From the IMG/VR virus record IMGVR_UViG_3300020428_001187, positions 4,245 through 68,244 of that record: 64,000 bases of DNA, one strand, 5' to 3'. Positions 28,665 through 38,386 of this stretch are shown piece by piece (the stretch's first letter is position 1; each line of letters begins with the position of its first letter). The notes under the pieces were generated by a model. That model saw nothing but the letters and a program-made list of their open reading frames with translations. It was not told where the DNA came from and ran no database searches. The position numbers and the translations under genes are program-made. The DNA comes from a virus.

Positions 28665-29538
28665 TTGATTTCCTTTCAAATTGTTGTGGCAGATATTCTA
28701 AAGCAATCGTCTTATGCACATCTTCTCCAAAATGTTCTCCGTCGATTGTTTCTTTAGTTAGGTCTACCTTTTTCTCACGTAGAAACCATTCTTCTACATG
28801 ATTCGTTGCGACTTGGATGTAGTCAAAGTTATAAAAAGAATTTCTTAACTTTGGAATAAGCATTTCATCTGGTATCCAAGTCCATTTGTTTAAGCCGAAT
28901 AATTTAAGTTCAGCCCCATTACTTCTACATAACTCCTGTAGTATATACATCTCCTTAAACCATTCTCGTTGTGCTTTAAGTGACATAATTTCCATCCAAG
29001 TTTTTACTTTCATATAAGGTTCAGCTCTTAGGTCTGGTTTACCCATCATAAACCTTGGATCGAATTTTACTTCGAAATGTAATCTATCTTGATAATCCTG
29101 CGGATAGCATTGTAAAGGAATATCAAATACATTTCTCTTTTCGTTGTGTAATCTTTTTAACCAACAATCGATGTTGCCTTTTGTTGTCTCTTTTTCGTAT
29201 AGTTCGTCTAATGGAATCATATTTTCATAATCAGGTGGATCCATCATACTTAATCTAAAACGATTCCAGTATGTGTTCTGTACTATTACTTCATCAATAT
29301 CATCATATTGCTTAAACAAGAAACTTAACCATTCGCTATATTCCCACCAACCATTACTACTGTTGGCAAATATAACTCCGTCTTTGTTTGCATTGTTTGT
29401 ATAAAACTCTGCCCAGTTGTTGTCATTCCACTTGCCACTGAAAGGCCAAGTGTTAATATCCAATACTGCATCTTCAGGCATACCATTAACATGATATCCG
29501 CAAGTATGACTACAACCTAATGCGGCTACTCGTCCCAT
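28657..29538 (-). CDS. SGNH-hydrolase-like protein
   Basis: N-terminal LGCSHT (GxS) and C-terminal DGEH (DxxH). Confidence 0.55.
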   Translation of the reverse strand: MGRVAALGCSHTCGYHVNGMPEDAVLDINTWPFSGKWNDNNWAEFYTNNANKDGVIFANSSNGWWEYSEWLSFLFKQYDDIDEVIVQNTYWNRFRLSMMDPPDYENMIPLDELYEKETTKGNIDCWLKRLHNEKRNVFDIPLQCYPQDYQDRLHFEVKFDPRFMMGKPDLRAEPYMKVKTWMEIMSLKAQREWFKEMYILQELCRSNGAELKLFGLNKWTWIPDEMLIPKLRNSFYNFDYIQVATNHVEEWFLREKKVDLTKETIDGEHFGEDVHKTIALEYLPQQFERKSNV

Positions 29539-29882
29539 AGTCTATAGTTTCCTTTCTCTGGTATCACGTGTCTTACACCACCTCTTGGATCTTCCATATC
29601 GCCTTTGCGTCTTGGAATTAAATGTACGTGTGGCCACATAACAGTTTGTCCTGCTTCTTTACCTACGTTTTGTCCTATATTAAAAGAGTCACAGTAACCA
29701 CGTTCTACCCAATCATATCCCCACTTGTAAGCGGCCTTGAAACAAGCAGTCAAATGTTCCCAGTCTTCTACCTTGGGTACAAAAAGAACGTGTCCTTCTG
29801 TAACAGGGAAGCCGTCTCTAAAAACAGTAAACTCTTTAGTATCGATTAATACATTAGTCCAAGGTATATCTTTAAACTGCAT
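29526..29882 (-). CDS. HIT family hydrolase
   Basis: FPVTEGH, AGQTV, HVHLIPR. Confidence 0.9.
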   Translation of the reverse strand: MQFKDIPWTNVLIDTKEFTVFRDGFPVTEGHVLFVPKVEDWEHLTACFKAAYKWGYDWVERGYCDSFNIGQNVGKEAGQTVMWPHVHLIPRRKGDMEDPRGGVRHVIPEKGNYRLWDE

Positions 29883-30270
29883 GAAATTCTTCCTCAATAT
29901 ATCTTTTTAATTCGTGATCACCTACGTTATCAGGAACACGTTTCTTATAAAATAATTCATAACTATCACTACCGTACTTACCAATGCCATACAGTTTAGT
30001 TGCATCTTCCTGGTCCCAAGTTAAGTAGTCCTTTGTCATTTGTCTAATAGAATTCTCACGTCTATTATAAAAGCCTAAACTTTTAATTACTTTGATAACA
30101 GTTGCTTTTCTGCTTCTAAGAAACTTCTCTGGCGTTGGCCATCTATCAAAGAATTCAGGTAATACTCTTTTAACTTGTATTCTGCCTGTTTGATTAAGAC
30201 ATATTACACCAACGAAGTGTTGCCATAGGTTATCAACCTGTTGCTGAACCATTAAGTCTTCACGCATCAT
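29872..30270 (-). CDS. MBD4-like HhH-GPD DNA glycosylase
   Basis: ICLNQT, WPTPE, LGFYNRR, LYGIGKYGSDSY, DHELKRY. Confidence 0.8.
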   Translation of the reverse strand: MMREDLMVQQQVDNLWQHFVGVICLNQTGRIQVKRVLPEFFDRWPTPEKFLRSRKATVIKVIKSLGFYNRRENSIRQMTKDYLTWDQEDATKLYGIGKYGSDSYELFYKKRVPDNVGDHELKRYIEEEFHAV

Positions 30271-30503
30271 TCTACCCACTCTGTAACCTGTATCATTTTG
30301 TGTAGTTTTTCTTTTGCTTCTTTTAAATTCTTTGCAGGTACCCAAGCCTGTCCTAGTCCTTCTGTTGGACTTAATCTTTCAATCTCTAATGCAATATCAC
30401 TATCAGCTTCTTTGCTCATACGTATAACTGCTGGTACTTTAAATTTTAATATATGTACCGTATCTTTTATCTCTGGAAATTTTACTATATTGTCGTCGCT
30501 CAT
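30267..30503 (-). CDS. Hypothetical protein
   Basis: ATGA overlaps on both sides. Confidence 0.55.
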   Translation of the reverse strand: MSDDNIVKFPEIKDTVHILKFKVPAVIRMSKEADSDIALEIERLSPTEGLGQAWVPAKNLKEAKEKLHKMIQVTEWVE

Positions 30504-31204
30504 AATCTCGGTTTACGTTTAATTAATTTTTTGGGTCTTAGTTTCAAAGCTCTACTCATTAACTTTATTATACCACCTTTTTTGAATTCTGTCAAGAACC
30601 TTTTTCTATCTAATTCTTTAATAATATCATCAGTAAGTAAACATTCATTTAATGAAACTTTTGATTTCAAATCTGGTGTAGTAAACTTTACATAACATAA
30701 TGGATCACCACGTTTTACTACAAGTGGCTTTTTGATGTCGTTAAAAACAAAACCCCAACTTATACTTCTAACCCAACTATGTATGTTATAACTTCCACCA
30801 ATTACTTCTCCAGGAAATTTATCCTTGTGCATAAACGGAGGAAGTATTTCCATTAAGCAAGGCTCATCTGCAATAAACAAATAATTTAAATTAAATTGAA
30901 ACATTGGCTTTTTTATATCGTGCATTTCTTGTGGTTGATGTAATGTAACTAACCCTTGTAATTGATTTGTACTAACTTCATCACTTGATATATCAACTGC
31001 ACCTTCTTTGGGTGTGGCAGTAAAAGACACCGGCGACTTTAAAAGAAATAGGTTACTATAGAAGCCTTGATAACTTGGGCAATCTATTACACCTCTTTTA
31101 TTATAATCTTTGTTTACTATCTTTGGTGTTTTAAAACGTTCTGGTTCTATTACTAATAGTTCAGGTACAGTTCCAGTCCAACACCAACCTATATCAGCTG
31201 TCAT
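30500..31204 (-). CDS. Hypothetical protein (possible dUTPase-like beta-clip fold)
   Basis: CP...SP and KRGDPLCY motifs; similar to 61016..61792. Confidence 0.5.
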   Translation of the reverse strand: MTADIGWCWTGTVPELLVIEPERFKTPKIVNKDYNKRGVIDCPSYQGFYSNLFLLKSPVSFTATPKEGAVDISSDEVSTNQLQGLVTLHQPQEMHDIKKPMFQFNLNYLFIADEPCLMEILPPFMHKDKFPGEVIGGSYNIHSWVRSISWGFVFNDIKKPLVVKRGDPLCYVKFTTPDLKSKVSLNECLLTDDIIKELDRKRFLTEFKKGGIIKLMSRALKLRPKKLIKRKPRL

Positions 31205-31739
31205 ACTTTCCTACGTTTTCCCAAGGATAAACTAACCAAACGTCTTCCTCAGCTTTATTAACTTCATCACAACGGAAACTAACCATACCAAAGTCACTTG
31301 CTAGGTTTTCAGTTAGTACTGCAAACTTAACATTGTTTCCCCATATTCTTTCCCACTTACCGGGATCGTTATGTCTTGTTTCCCAGTCATTCTTAATCCA
31401 GTTAAACGTAGCACCAGTATCATTTATATCATCTACAATTAAAATCCTTTTAGATGAAGGACCACCTGAAGCTATCTTTCCATCAAGTACACCATATGCA
31501 TCATCGGCCATCCAAGCAACACTATCGCCTGTTTTACCTGTTTCGTTATCTCTTAAACTTACTTTAATTGACTCACAACGTATGCCAGTCATGTTACTAA
31601 TAATTGTAGCAGGTACATTACCGCCTCTTGTGATGCCTACAATGTAATCAGGCTTCCAATTACAAGAGTACATATCAGTTACTATCTCTGTACACATCTG
31701 CTCTACGTCAGTCCATGTGTAATACTTTTTCTTAACCAT
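31194..31739 (-). CDS. Type I purine phosphoribosyltransferase
   Basis: IVGITRGG, PRPP motif IVDDINDTGAT, WLVYPWE. Confidence 0.9.
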   Translation of the reverse strand: MVKKKYYTWTDVEQMCTEIVTDMYSCNWKPDYIVGITRGGNVPATIISNMTGIRCESIKVSLRDNETGKTGDSVAWMADDAYGVLDGKIASGGPSSKRILIVDDINDTGATFNWIKNDWETRHNDPGKWERIWGNNVKFAVLTENLASDFGMVSFRCDEVNKAEEDVWLVYPWENVGKYDS

Positions 31740-32913
31740 CGTTGCTCCTAATATTAAAGTTACCACTAATAGAGTACCTATCAGTGTTTGTTACGTTCTT
31801 TCCAGTGTAGTGGGAAATCTTAGAATCAAATATTAAAAGCATACCTGCCTTAGGTTGTATGACTTTTTCAAAACGAGGCATATCATTTATAAAGACTGTA
31901 AAATGTATGTCACCTTGACCTTCTTCGTGTTGTGGATAATACACAAACGAGTATAAACTTTTTGTATGACTGTGGAATGCAGTACTGCCATTAGGTTCAG
32001 TTTTATGTGTCCAGATACCCGTCAGTTCGACGTCTTTATTTGCATACGCCGTTACTGCTTTTTCTACTTCCCCCATGAAGTGCATACAGGTATCTGAACC
32101 GGGGAACTTAATGTCTTCATAATGGGTATCTTCAGGGTTGGCGTCAATTCTTTCTTGCTCGTTATTAACTATTTCATACATTAAACTATCATTGTCAATG
32201 TTTGGTAAGTTAGTTTCATATACGTCAATACTTGCAATAGTATGTTTGATATCTGTAATAGGCAATGGCGGAGTGTATTCTTGGTGCCACGGGTATGTAT
32301 TTTTGTTACCCATAACAATACCACCTTCAGCCTTGCCGTGTTTTTCTTTTAAAAATTTAATAAATTTAAATGTTGGAGTAAACCTATGTGTATTTCTCAT
32401 AGGTGTTGCAGTATGTAATACGTTACTTTTCCAAAGTAACATTCTGCCTGGAATAGGTGGAATAGCAATTATTTCAGGATACTCAGTTCCTTCATAATTT
32501 TCTTTCTTGTTTTGTAAGTTTGTAATAAACTTTGTTTCACCACCATCATTAATATCCCAATTATTATTTGCATAAAACATAAATGTCCATGCTTCATCGC
32601 TTTCATCATCTACATGATAATAAGCAGGTTCTCTTGGAGCGAATATATTTGCGTGTGATCTTTTTAAAATACAACCATGTGTTTGTGGAAGATGTTCTTC
32701 ACAGAACTTCCATAATGCATGAAATGTTTTTGTGCCTGTGTATTCTCCAGTACTCATTCCTGTTGGAGGTAAGTCTCCATCATCTACTTCTCCATATAGA
32801 TAAGGCCAGTTCTGTACATCACGTACTAGTTCATTAAGCTCTGGTGCACTAAAATAATCATCAATGATTATAAGTCTGCCGTCTAGCTTTTCTGTTATGT
32901 TAGGCGTACTCAT
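31732..32913 (-). CDS. Tandem two-domain 2OG/Fe(II) oxygenase
   Basis: Domain 1: HVD...GGET...LH..R; domain 2: HSH..FVYYP...SH...RYSISGN. Confidence 0.8.
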   Translation of the reverse strand: MSTPNITEKLDGRLIIIDDYFSAPELNELVRDVQNWPYLYGEVDDGDLPPTGMSTGEYTGTKTFHALWKFCEEHLPQTHGCILKRSHANIFAPREPAYYHVDDESDEAWTFMFYANNNWDINDGGETKFITNLQNKKENYEGTEYPEIIAIPPIPGRMLLWKSNVLHTATPMRNTHRFTPTFKFIKFLKEKHGKAEGGIVMGNKNTYPWHQEYTPPLPITDIKHTIASIDVYETNLPNIDNDSLMYEIVNNEQERIDANPEDTHYEDIKFPGSDTCMHFMGEVEKAVTAYANKDVELTGIWTHKTEPNGSTAFHSHTKSLYSFVYYPQHEEGQGDIHFTVFINDMPRFEKVIQPKAGMLLIFDSKISHYTGKNVTNTDRYSISGNFNIRSNDG

Positions 32914-33403
32914 TTCTCTCTCTATCCTTTAAATACTCCTCATGACTTATCCAACGATAACCTGCATCTTTCCAATTAGTTTCAGTTGCGTTAACGTGTC
33001 TTACAAAGCCCCAATCTTTTTCTTTTTTACCCATGTAAAATAAACTCCAACATGGTATTTCATTACCTTCTTCGTCCTTGGCTAGTTCTAACCAATGCAA
33101 ATCACTTGCCTTTCTAAAACGTAAATGTCCTGGACCTCTCCATTCTTTGGTAGATCCTACTACATTACCTTCTTGTGATATAATAGGAATGTGTTCCCAA
33201 TATCCACCTTTAATAATAAATGCTCCCCAACTCCACGGATGATCATGCAATACGTCTTCATCGCTTACTAGTATTTTATGCAAAGTAATGTTAAAAGGAA
33301 AGTCTTTTCGATCCTTAAGGAATATATACCAACGTACTAGGTATGGTATCTTTCCTGATCTATCATATATTGTTCTTTTTCTATTCTTAAAGAAATCAAA
33401 CAT
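32900..33403 (-). CDS. Cupin-like phage protein
   Basis: LHK...LHDHPW...GGYWE...H. Confidence 0.65.
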   Translation of the reverse strand: MFDFFKNRKRTIYDRSGKIPYLVRWYIFLKDRKDFPFNITLHKILVSDEDVLHDHPWSWGAFIIKGGYWEHIPIISQEGNVVGSTKEWRGPGHLRFRKASDLHWLELAKDEEGNEIPCWSLFYMGKKEKDWGFVRHVNATETNWKDAGYRWISHEEYLKDRERNEYA

Positions 33404-33809
33404 CAATGTCCTTTCCTGCAAAGTCGTCCTTGCATAGATTGTAAACTTCTAAAAATCTTTGATACTGTAATTTTAAAGCAGGATACTCAGCAATCATTTC
33501 TAGTATTCTATCCTCAGTTGGCCATGTTTGAACACCAGTTCCCATATCAAAATCTAATCCAAAGTCTCCGTCACCTAATGACCCTGCTCCTGTAAATGAA
33601 GTATTATATGTTACACTAGGTTGTACGCCGTACCTGTCTATACAACCACCTACAGATGCACCTGTTATTGTGTAATTATTATTATCTGTGTCAAAGCTAT
33701 ATTCGTAGTTTGGACTAGCAATACGTGATTCCTCGCTACTAATAGTAACGTCGTTGCCGCCGATTGTTATCTTAAAGTCTTTATTACTGTTAATGTCATC
33801 AGGATCCAT
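33396..33809 (-). CDS. Hypothetical protein
   Basis: ORF tiling; C-terminal YPALK..Y helix. Confidence 0.55.
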   Translation of the reverse strand: MDPDDINSNKDFKITIGGNDVTISSEESRIASPNYEYSFDTDNNNYTITGASVGGCIDRYGVQPSVTYNTSFTGAGSLGDGDFGLDFDMGTGVQTWPTEDRILEMIAEYPALKLQYQRFLEVYNLCKDDFAGKDIDV

Positions 33810-34872
33810 TGCCTATCGCTCCATAAAGTTTTTCACCACTAAAGAAATCTGTTTTCAACTTTGCCACTTGTTTCCTTAAAGTAGGAAGATATTGATCATA
33901 GTTTTCTATGTAGTCTTTTATTCTTTCTATTATCAACACTCTGTGATTTTCATAATCACCGAAACTTTCTGTCCACTTGCTTGGATACTTGAATTGATCC
34001 AAAGCCATTTCCGCATAACTTAATCTATCTGGAACCATTGGAATAGTATCTACTAGAGCACCTTCATACCAACTAATACCTAGTGTTTCTTGTAAGTTAG
34101 CACTAAACACTAGCTTTGCTCTGCCTAATAAGTTATGATATTCCATCTTTGTTAATGATTGTTCTTGACAAACAATTAGTTCATAGTCAGGTAAGTGTGT
34201 TCTTAAATCTCTAAATATATCTGGTTGTTTCTCAGGAGCAACTCTATGTGGAAATAATATAATGTTTTCCTTAGGCATATTCCTGTAACTATCTAAACTG
34301 TTAGCAAGATATTCCATAGGCCAACCAACACGTTGTACCTTAGTCTTATCTGTTGAAAGTCCTACGTAGTTGCCTACTTCTCTAAATGCATCTACAAATA
34401 TGTTTATATGAAAGTCACTTGCAAAGAAGTTGTTATCATAACATTCAAACATAGAACGTTCTGCATTTCTAACCCAAGGTTTATCACCTATAAGCCTTCC
34501 TAGAAAATCTTGCGGATCATAACTACCTGCGTGCCACAAACCACCAACGCGAATATCAACACCCAATAGTTCTGCCATATACCGTAGTTGAATAACTGTA
34601 GGATTCCAGGCATCGGTATAGAGAAAATAATCACCGTCTTTAATTTGTCCGTTACAAAACTTTTCACCTATGATCTCTAACTGCTTACTCTTATAGACAT
34701 TAGTTCCGCCAAAGTTTAAAAAAGCACCAGGCGTAGTTGCCTGTGGTGTTTCTCCTCCACTTATGACTTCAACAGTTTGATTCGTTGCACGTTTTAATTG
34801 TTTAGGAAGATAGTCCTTCCATTGCTTTGTGTAACGAGTGTCTACTGCTTCTATGTCTACAATATATATCAA
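33799..34872 (-). CDS. GT-B fold glycosyltransferase
   Basis: HAGSYD, FPHRVAPEKQ, ETLGISWYEG (ExFG..xxE-type), PDRLSY. Confidence 0.85.
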   Translation of the reverse strand: MIYIVDIEAVDTRYTKQWKDYLPKQLKRATNQTVEVISGGETPQATTPGAFLNFGGTNVYKSKQLEIIGEKFCNGQIKDGDYFLYTDAWNPTVIQLRYMAELLGVDIRVGGLWHAGSYDPQDFLGRLIGDKPWVRNAERSMFECYDNNFFASDFHINIFVDAFREVGNYVGLSTDKTKVQRVGWPMEYLANSLDSYRNMPKENIILFPHRVAPEKQPDIFRDLRTHLPDYELIVCQEQSLTKMEYHNLLGRAKLVFSANLQETLGISWYEGALVDTIPMVPDRLSYAEMALDQFKYPSKWTESFGDYENHRVLIIERIKDYIENYDQYLPTLRKQVAKLKTDFFSGEKLYGAIGNGS

Positions 34873-35087
34873 TTATATCTCCTTCTATTCTTTAGACGTG
34901 CTTGTCTTTTTTCACGCCTTTCTTTCTTTGCTTTTGCCGGATCAAGGAATGCTCGAAACGACTTAGACTTTTCATTATACAGATCTTTCTCATTAAACCT
35001 GTATCCTTCAAATCTACAAAAATCACGAAACTTATCTAGGTCGTCAAAGATTTGTACGACTTCGGGGTTTTTAGCAAAATAAGACAC
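34869..35087 (-). CDS. Small basic hypothetical protein
   Basis: GTG start after GGAGG; Lys/Arg-rich tail. Confidence 0.6.
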   Translation of the reverse strand: MSYFAKNPEVVQIFDDLDKFRDFCRFEGYRFNEKDLYNEKSKSFRAFLDPAKAKKERREKRQARLKNRRRYN

Positions 35088-35100
35088 GTTCAGTCCTCCT

Positions 35101-35586
35101 CTAGTATTTTGCGTATTCGATGTGAGCACCATTCTCTCCATCTTCTGAAACATCAATTTGAACTTCTCTGCTAGGATACTTTTCACTTATCTTTGCATAC
35201 AAATCATCGCTAATCATTTCACAAGATTTGTAGTCAAGCTCTAAAGTTTTTTCGCTATACAGTTTTTCCAACCAACGTTTGAATTGAATAAATTCAATAT
35301 CTCTATCATCATGGAATACTTCGATAGCAACTTTAAAATGAAAGATATGCCTATGTGGATAACCTAAGAAGCTAACATCATATTCGTCACCAGTTGCTAG
35401 TTTAGGATCATCTAACGCCGCAGGATATTTGTGGATACCTTCTTTTCTAAATGTAACCCAAATCATTCTTTTTGCAGTATTCATAGTCTTTGCTTTGCCT
35501 TCCTCTTTGTATTTTTGTCTAATAAATTCATCTGTAGACAACCGTTCATGTTCTTGTATTGTAGCATCTTCTAACATATTAATCAA
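35101..35586 (-). CDS. QueD-like T-fold 6-carboxytetrahydropterin synthase
   Basis: GIH, HRH (YPHRHIFHF), SCE, VSEDGENGA; folE/queE context. Confidence 0.7.
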   Translation of the reverse strand: MINMLEDATIQEHERLSTDEFIRQKYKEEGKAKTMNTAKRMIWVTFRKEGIHKYPAALDDPKLATGDEYDVSFLGYPHRHIFHFKVAIEVFHDDRDIEFIQFKRWLEKLYSEKTLELDYKSCEMISDDLYAKISEKYPSREVQIDVSEDGENGAHIEYAKY

Positions 35587-36106
35587 CCTCTTTTATTGGT
35601 TTATCTTTAGTATATTCTCTCCAATCTGTGAACTTATCAGTATTTTTGAGATCGTGTACCCTGTGTACCCAAACACCAGGATTTGTTGCTTTGAAATCTG
35701 TGTCATCAATTTTGATACAAGCATTATAGTTCAGTTGATCTATGTGTGGCATCTTTACACTAATTTGGCTAATAAAATTACTATATTCATTATATCCCAT
35801 ATCTAGTATTTTTTGATGAAACTGATGATCATAATCTAGTGTTGTATACCAACCTTCATCTAATAATACACTAATCATATCGTCCCAGTCTTCCAATTGA
35901 TCACTGTTAGTAGGATTGAAACTTTGATTAGCACCTAAATAAATGTGTTTGCAATCATGCTCTCTAGCTTTGTCCATGACATCAACGGACATCTGAGCAC
36001 CAACGACAAACAAAGTTTTCATACCATAAGCAGGAGTGTCTTCTACTTCAACACCTGTGAAATATGTAATGTCGTCTTTTACACCATCTTTATAATCACG
36101 TTTCAT
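35579..36106 (-). CDS. Hypothetical protein in the deazaguanine operon
   Basis: FTGVEVE, TLFVVG, HIYLGANQSF, KIDD..F.ATNPGVW. Confidence 0.65.
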   Translation of the reverse strand: MKRDYKDGVKDDITYFTGVEVEDTPAYGMKTLFVVGAQMSVDVMDKAREHDCKHIYLGANQSFNPTNSDQLEDWDDMISVLLDEGWYTTLDYDHQFHQKILDMGYNEYSNFISQISVKMPHIDQLNYNACIKIDDTDFKATNPGVWVHRVHDLKNTDKFTDWREYTKDKPIKEVD

Positions 36107-36680
36107 TTATATCTCCGTTAAATGCAATACTAATTCTATCTCTGTTACTGTGATTTATATCTGCACTATGTAACAGGTAACTTGGAAAACAAACTAGTTT
36201 GCCTGGTTCAGGTTTAATACTAAACCTTGTACTATTCCATGCATTAGGTTGTTTAATATATCTATACGGAACTGCAAAATCATATAACTGATGTGGCGCC
36301 ATTAGTGTAAGGTTACCACAATGATTGTCTGCTTGTACATAATAAACACAACTTAAAACATTTCTGTCATGCATATGAACTTGATTGATATTGTTCGTAT
36401 CACCTTTTGGATAGTTAATGTTCACCCATTCGTTTGTAATCTTTATAGGCTTATCAATATGGTAATAATGTTTTTGTACAGTATTCATCATACCTTGTAC
36501 AGATTTCTTTAACTCATCAAAGCGATCGTCTTTTAGTGACCAATCACTCTGCCAACCCCCTGGGCTTTCGTTGTGCGGACTTTGTGTTTTTAGATCATAA
36601 CAAGCTTCTAAGAGAATCTCATTATTAATGTCCGGAAAGTCCTCCAGTAACAGGGTTGGAAAGAGTGTTGTTTCTTGCAT
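36096..36680 (-). CDS. TIGR02466-like 2OG/Fe(II) oxygenase
   Basis: LFPT, GWQS, HMH, SCVYYV, FPSYLLH, RISIAFN. Confidence 0.85.
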   Translation of the reverse strand: MQETTLFPTLLLEDFPDINNEILLEACYDLKTQSPHNESPGGWQSDWSLKDDRFDELKKSVQGMMNTVQKHYYHIDKPIKITNEWVNINYPKGDTNNINQVHMHDRNVLSCVYYVQADNHCGNLTLMAPHQLYDFAVPYRYIKQPNAWNSTRFSIKPEPGKLVCFPSYLLHSADINHSNRDRISIAFNGDINET

Positions 36681-36856
36681 TAGTGACCTGCCAATTTATC
36701 CTTAATTGCTAGTTTTATTTTTTTAGTTCTTTTTAAAAGTTCTTCTGTTTGCCAAGATCTGTTTAACTTTCTTTCCTTTGTAAGTTCACCAGTAATCTTG
36801 TCATACCACTTATGTTCGTTCTGTAGCTTTTTCTCGCTCTTACTTGCTTTGTTCAT
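36680..36856 (-). CDS. 58-aa DUF465/YdcH-like coiled-coil protein (absent from ORF track)
   Basis: MNKASKSEKKLQNEH...KKIKLAIKDKL fills the gap; GGAGGAG upstream. Confidence 0.55.
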   Translation of the reverse strand: MNKASKSEKKLQNEHKWYDKITGELTKERKLNRSWQTEELLKRTKKIKLAIKDKLAGH

Positions 36857-38378
36857 TTTCTAACTCCTCCAACTTACTTTCTTGTAAGTCTTCTTCGTCT
36901 GTTTCAGCAACGGCTACACTATCAGCATCATCAAACAATGCATTAAATTGTGTCTGTGCATTGACAGTCTTTTTACCTGTTGCTCCTCTAGTGCCAATGA
37001 TTGACATCCAGAATCTTGAAAACTCTTCAATGATCATATTTGCTTTATCTCTGTCATCAGTTGCAAAGATGGCATCTATTACATCTCTGAAGTATAGTCT
37101 ATCAAATTTTTCTTGTACTAACATATTAGGATAACTACCTGCGTCATACTGTCTGTTAGCTTCTTGTACTGCATTAATATGGCTCCATACATTATGACCC
37201 ATCTGTATAGCATAACTAAAACTATCCCAACTAGTTTTGCCTTCCTTACCTATCTTATTTAGGTCACCTGGAGCATAAATGCAAACGTCTTTAACAGTTA
37301 ATCCTTTAGTTATTGGACTATCTGTAAAGTTTTTAAATATACCATCTGCCAATACTGCATCTCTAAAGTTACGTGTATCCTGTGCATACTTCTTATCATC
37401 AATACTTGGAACCATTCTATAGACCCATTTAGATCTATCCATTGTTTCTGTTTGAATATAAAGTTGTCCGTTAGCAGTTGCTAAGAAAGGACTTGCACAA
37501 TCAAATGTTGCAGTATAGTTTTCGTTGTGATACTTACGAACTGCTCTTTGAATGTCAGTAAGTAGTACTGCCCATTCTAGTTTACTTGTACCTAAGAAGT
37601 GCATAAAGTCATGCTTACCTTTTTCAAGTAAGCCATCAAAACGTAATGCTACCAATCTTTTTAATACTAGATGTATATCACACATATTTTGTCCACCCAT
37701 GGACCAACCATTAAAGTGATCTGTGTATTTCTTAGGATCACAATAGTCTTTCATTTGTTGATACCAGTCTTCAGCATCTGTATGATTTTCACCTTGTAAT
37801 ACATTTAAGAATTTACAATTACCATTACGATTTTTCATAAAGTAATCATTGTTAATACGTGTAGCATTAACGGCATCCTGATAGTTATCAATACCCGTTG
37901 CTTTTGCACCAGCAGGGGATCTTGACACCCAGGCAGGAATATCAAGTATCATTCCATAGTCCATATAAGCATCCATCCACGTAAGAACTTGTTCACGTTT
38001 CTTTTTAGCTTTAGGACAGTTAGGATCTTTCCAATCACCTTCCCATACACCCTTACCAATCTGGAAACCACCTGAGTCTCCTAGTAACCAACTATTGTTA
38101 CGATCCCTGTTACGGATCATATCTTCTTTGGGTGAATCTTTATTAACGTCTAGCTCGGCGTGTCCTGCCGAATATAGACTCCAGTGATAATTAAACATAC
38201 TAGCTTTAGGTTCAAGCCAGTTCATACTCTCTACTTCAGTTGGAAAGTTACTAGGTATCCTAGTCTTATCAACATATTCTTCATAACGTTGCTTACCTAT
38301 AAACGTAGCAAAGAATCCACTAATGGCAGGGAGAAATACTGCATAGTCTTTTTGGGCATTAGTAAGATTAGTGTTCAT
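36840..38378 (-). CDS. TGT-fold guanine transglycosylase (DpdA-like)
   Basis: DSGGFQ, MILDIP, VLQG, WSMGG, HFLG, TFDCASP; no C-terminal CxCxxC Zn site. Confidence 0.8.
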   Translation of the reverse strand: MNTNLTNAQKDYAVFLPAISGFFATFIGKQRYEEYVDKTRIPSNFPTEVESMNWLEPKASMFNYHWSLYSAGHAELDVNKDSPKEDMIRNRDRNNSWLLGDSGGFQIGKGVWEGDWKDPNCPKAKKKREQVLTWMDAYMDYGMILDIPAWVSRSPAGAKATGIDNYQDAVNATRINNDYFMKNRNGNCKFLNVLQGENHTDAEDWYQQMKDYCDPKKYTDHFNGWSMGGQNMCDIHLVLKRLVALRFDGLLEKGKHDFMHFLGTSKLEWAVLLTDIQRAVRKYHNENYTATFDCASPFLATANGQLYIQTETMDRSKWVYRMVPSIDDKKYAQDTRNFRDAVLADGIFKNFTDSPITKGLTVKDVCIYAPGDLNKIGKEGKTSWDSFSYAIQMGHNVWSHINAVQEANRQYDAGSYPNMLVQEKFDRLYFRDVIDAIFATDDRDKANMIIEEFSRFWMSIIGTRGATGKKTVNAQTQFNALFDDADSVAVAETDEEDLQESKLEELENEQSK

Positions 38379-38386
38379 GTAAACTC

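Noticed and set aside
36840-38378. Ordinary tRNA-guanine transglycosylase (tgt)
   Set aside because: Longer and divergent, no Zn-binding CxCxxC, next to the clamp and bearing a polymerase-like tail motif; tRNA activity is not excluded but is less likely
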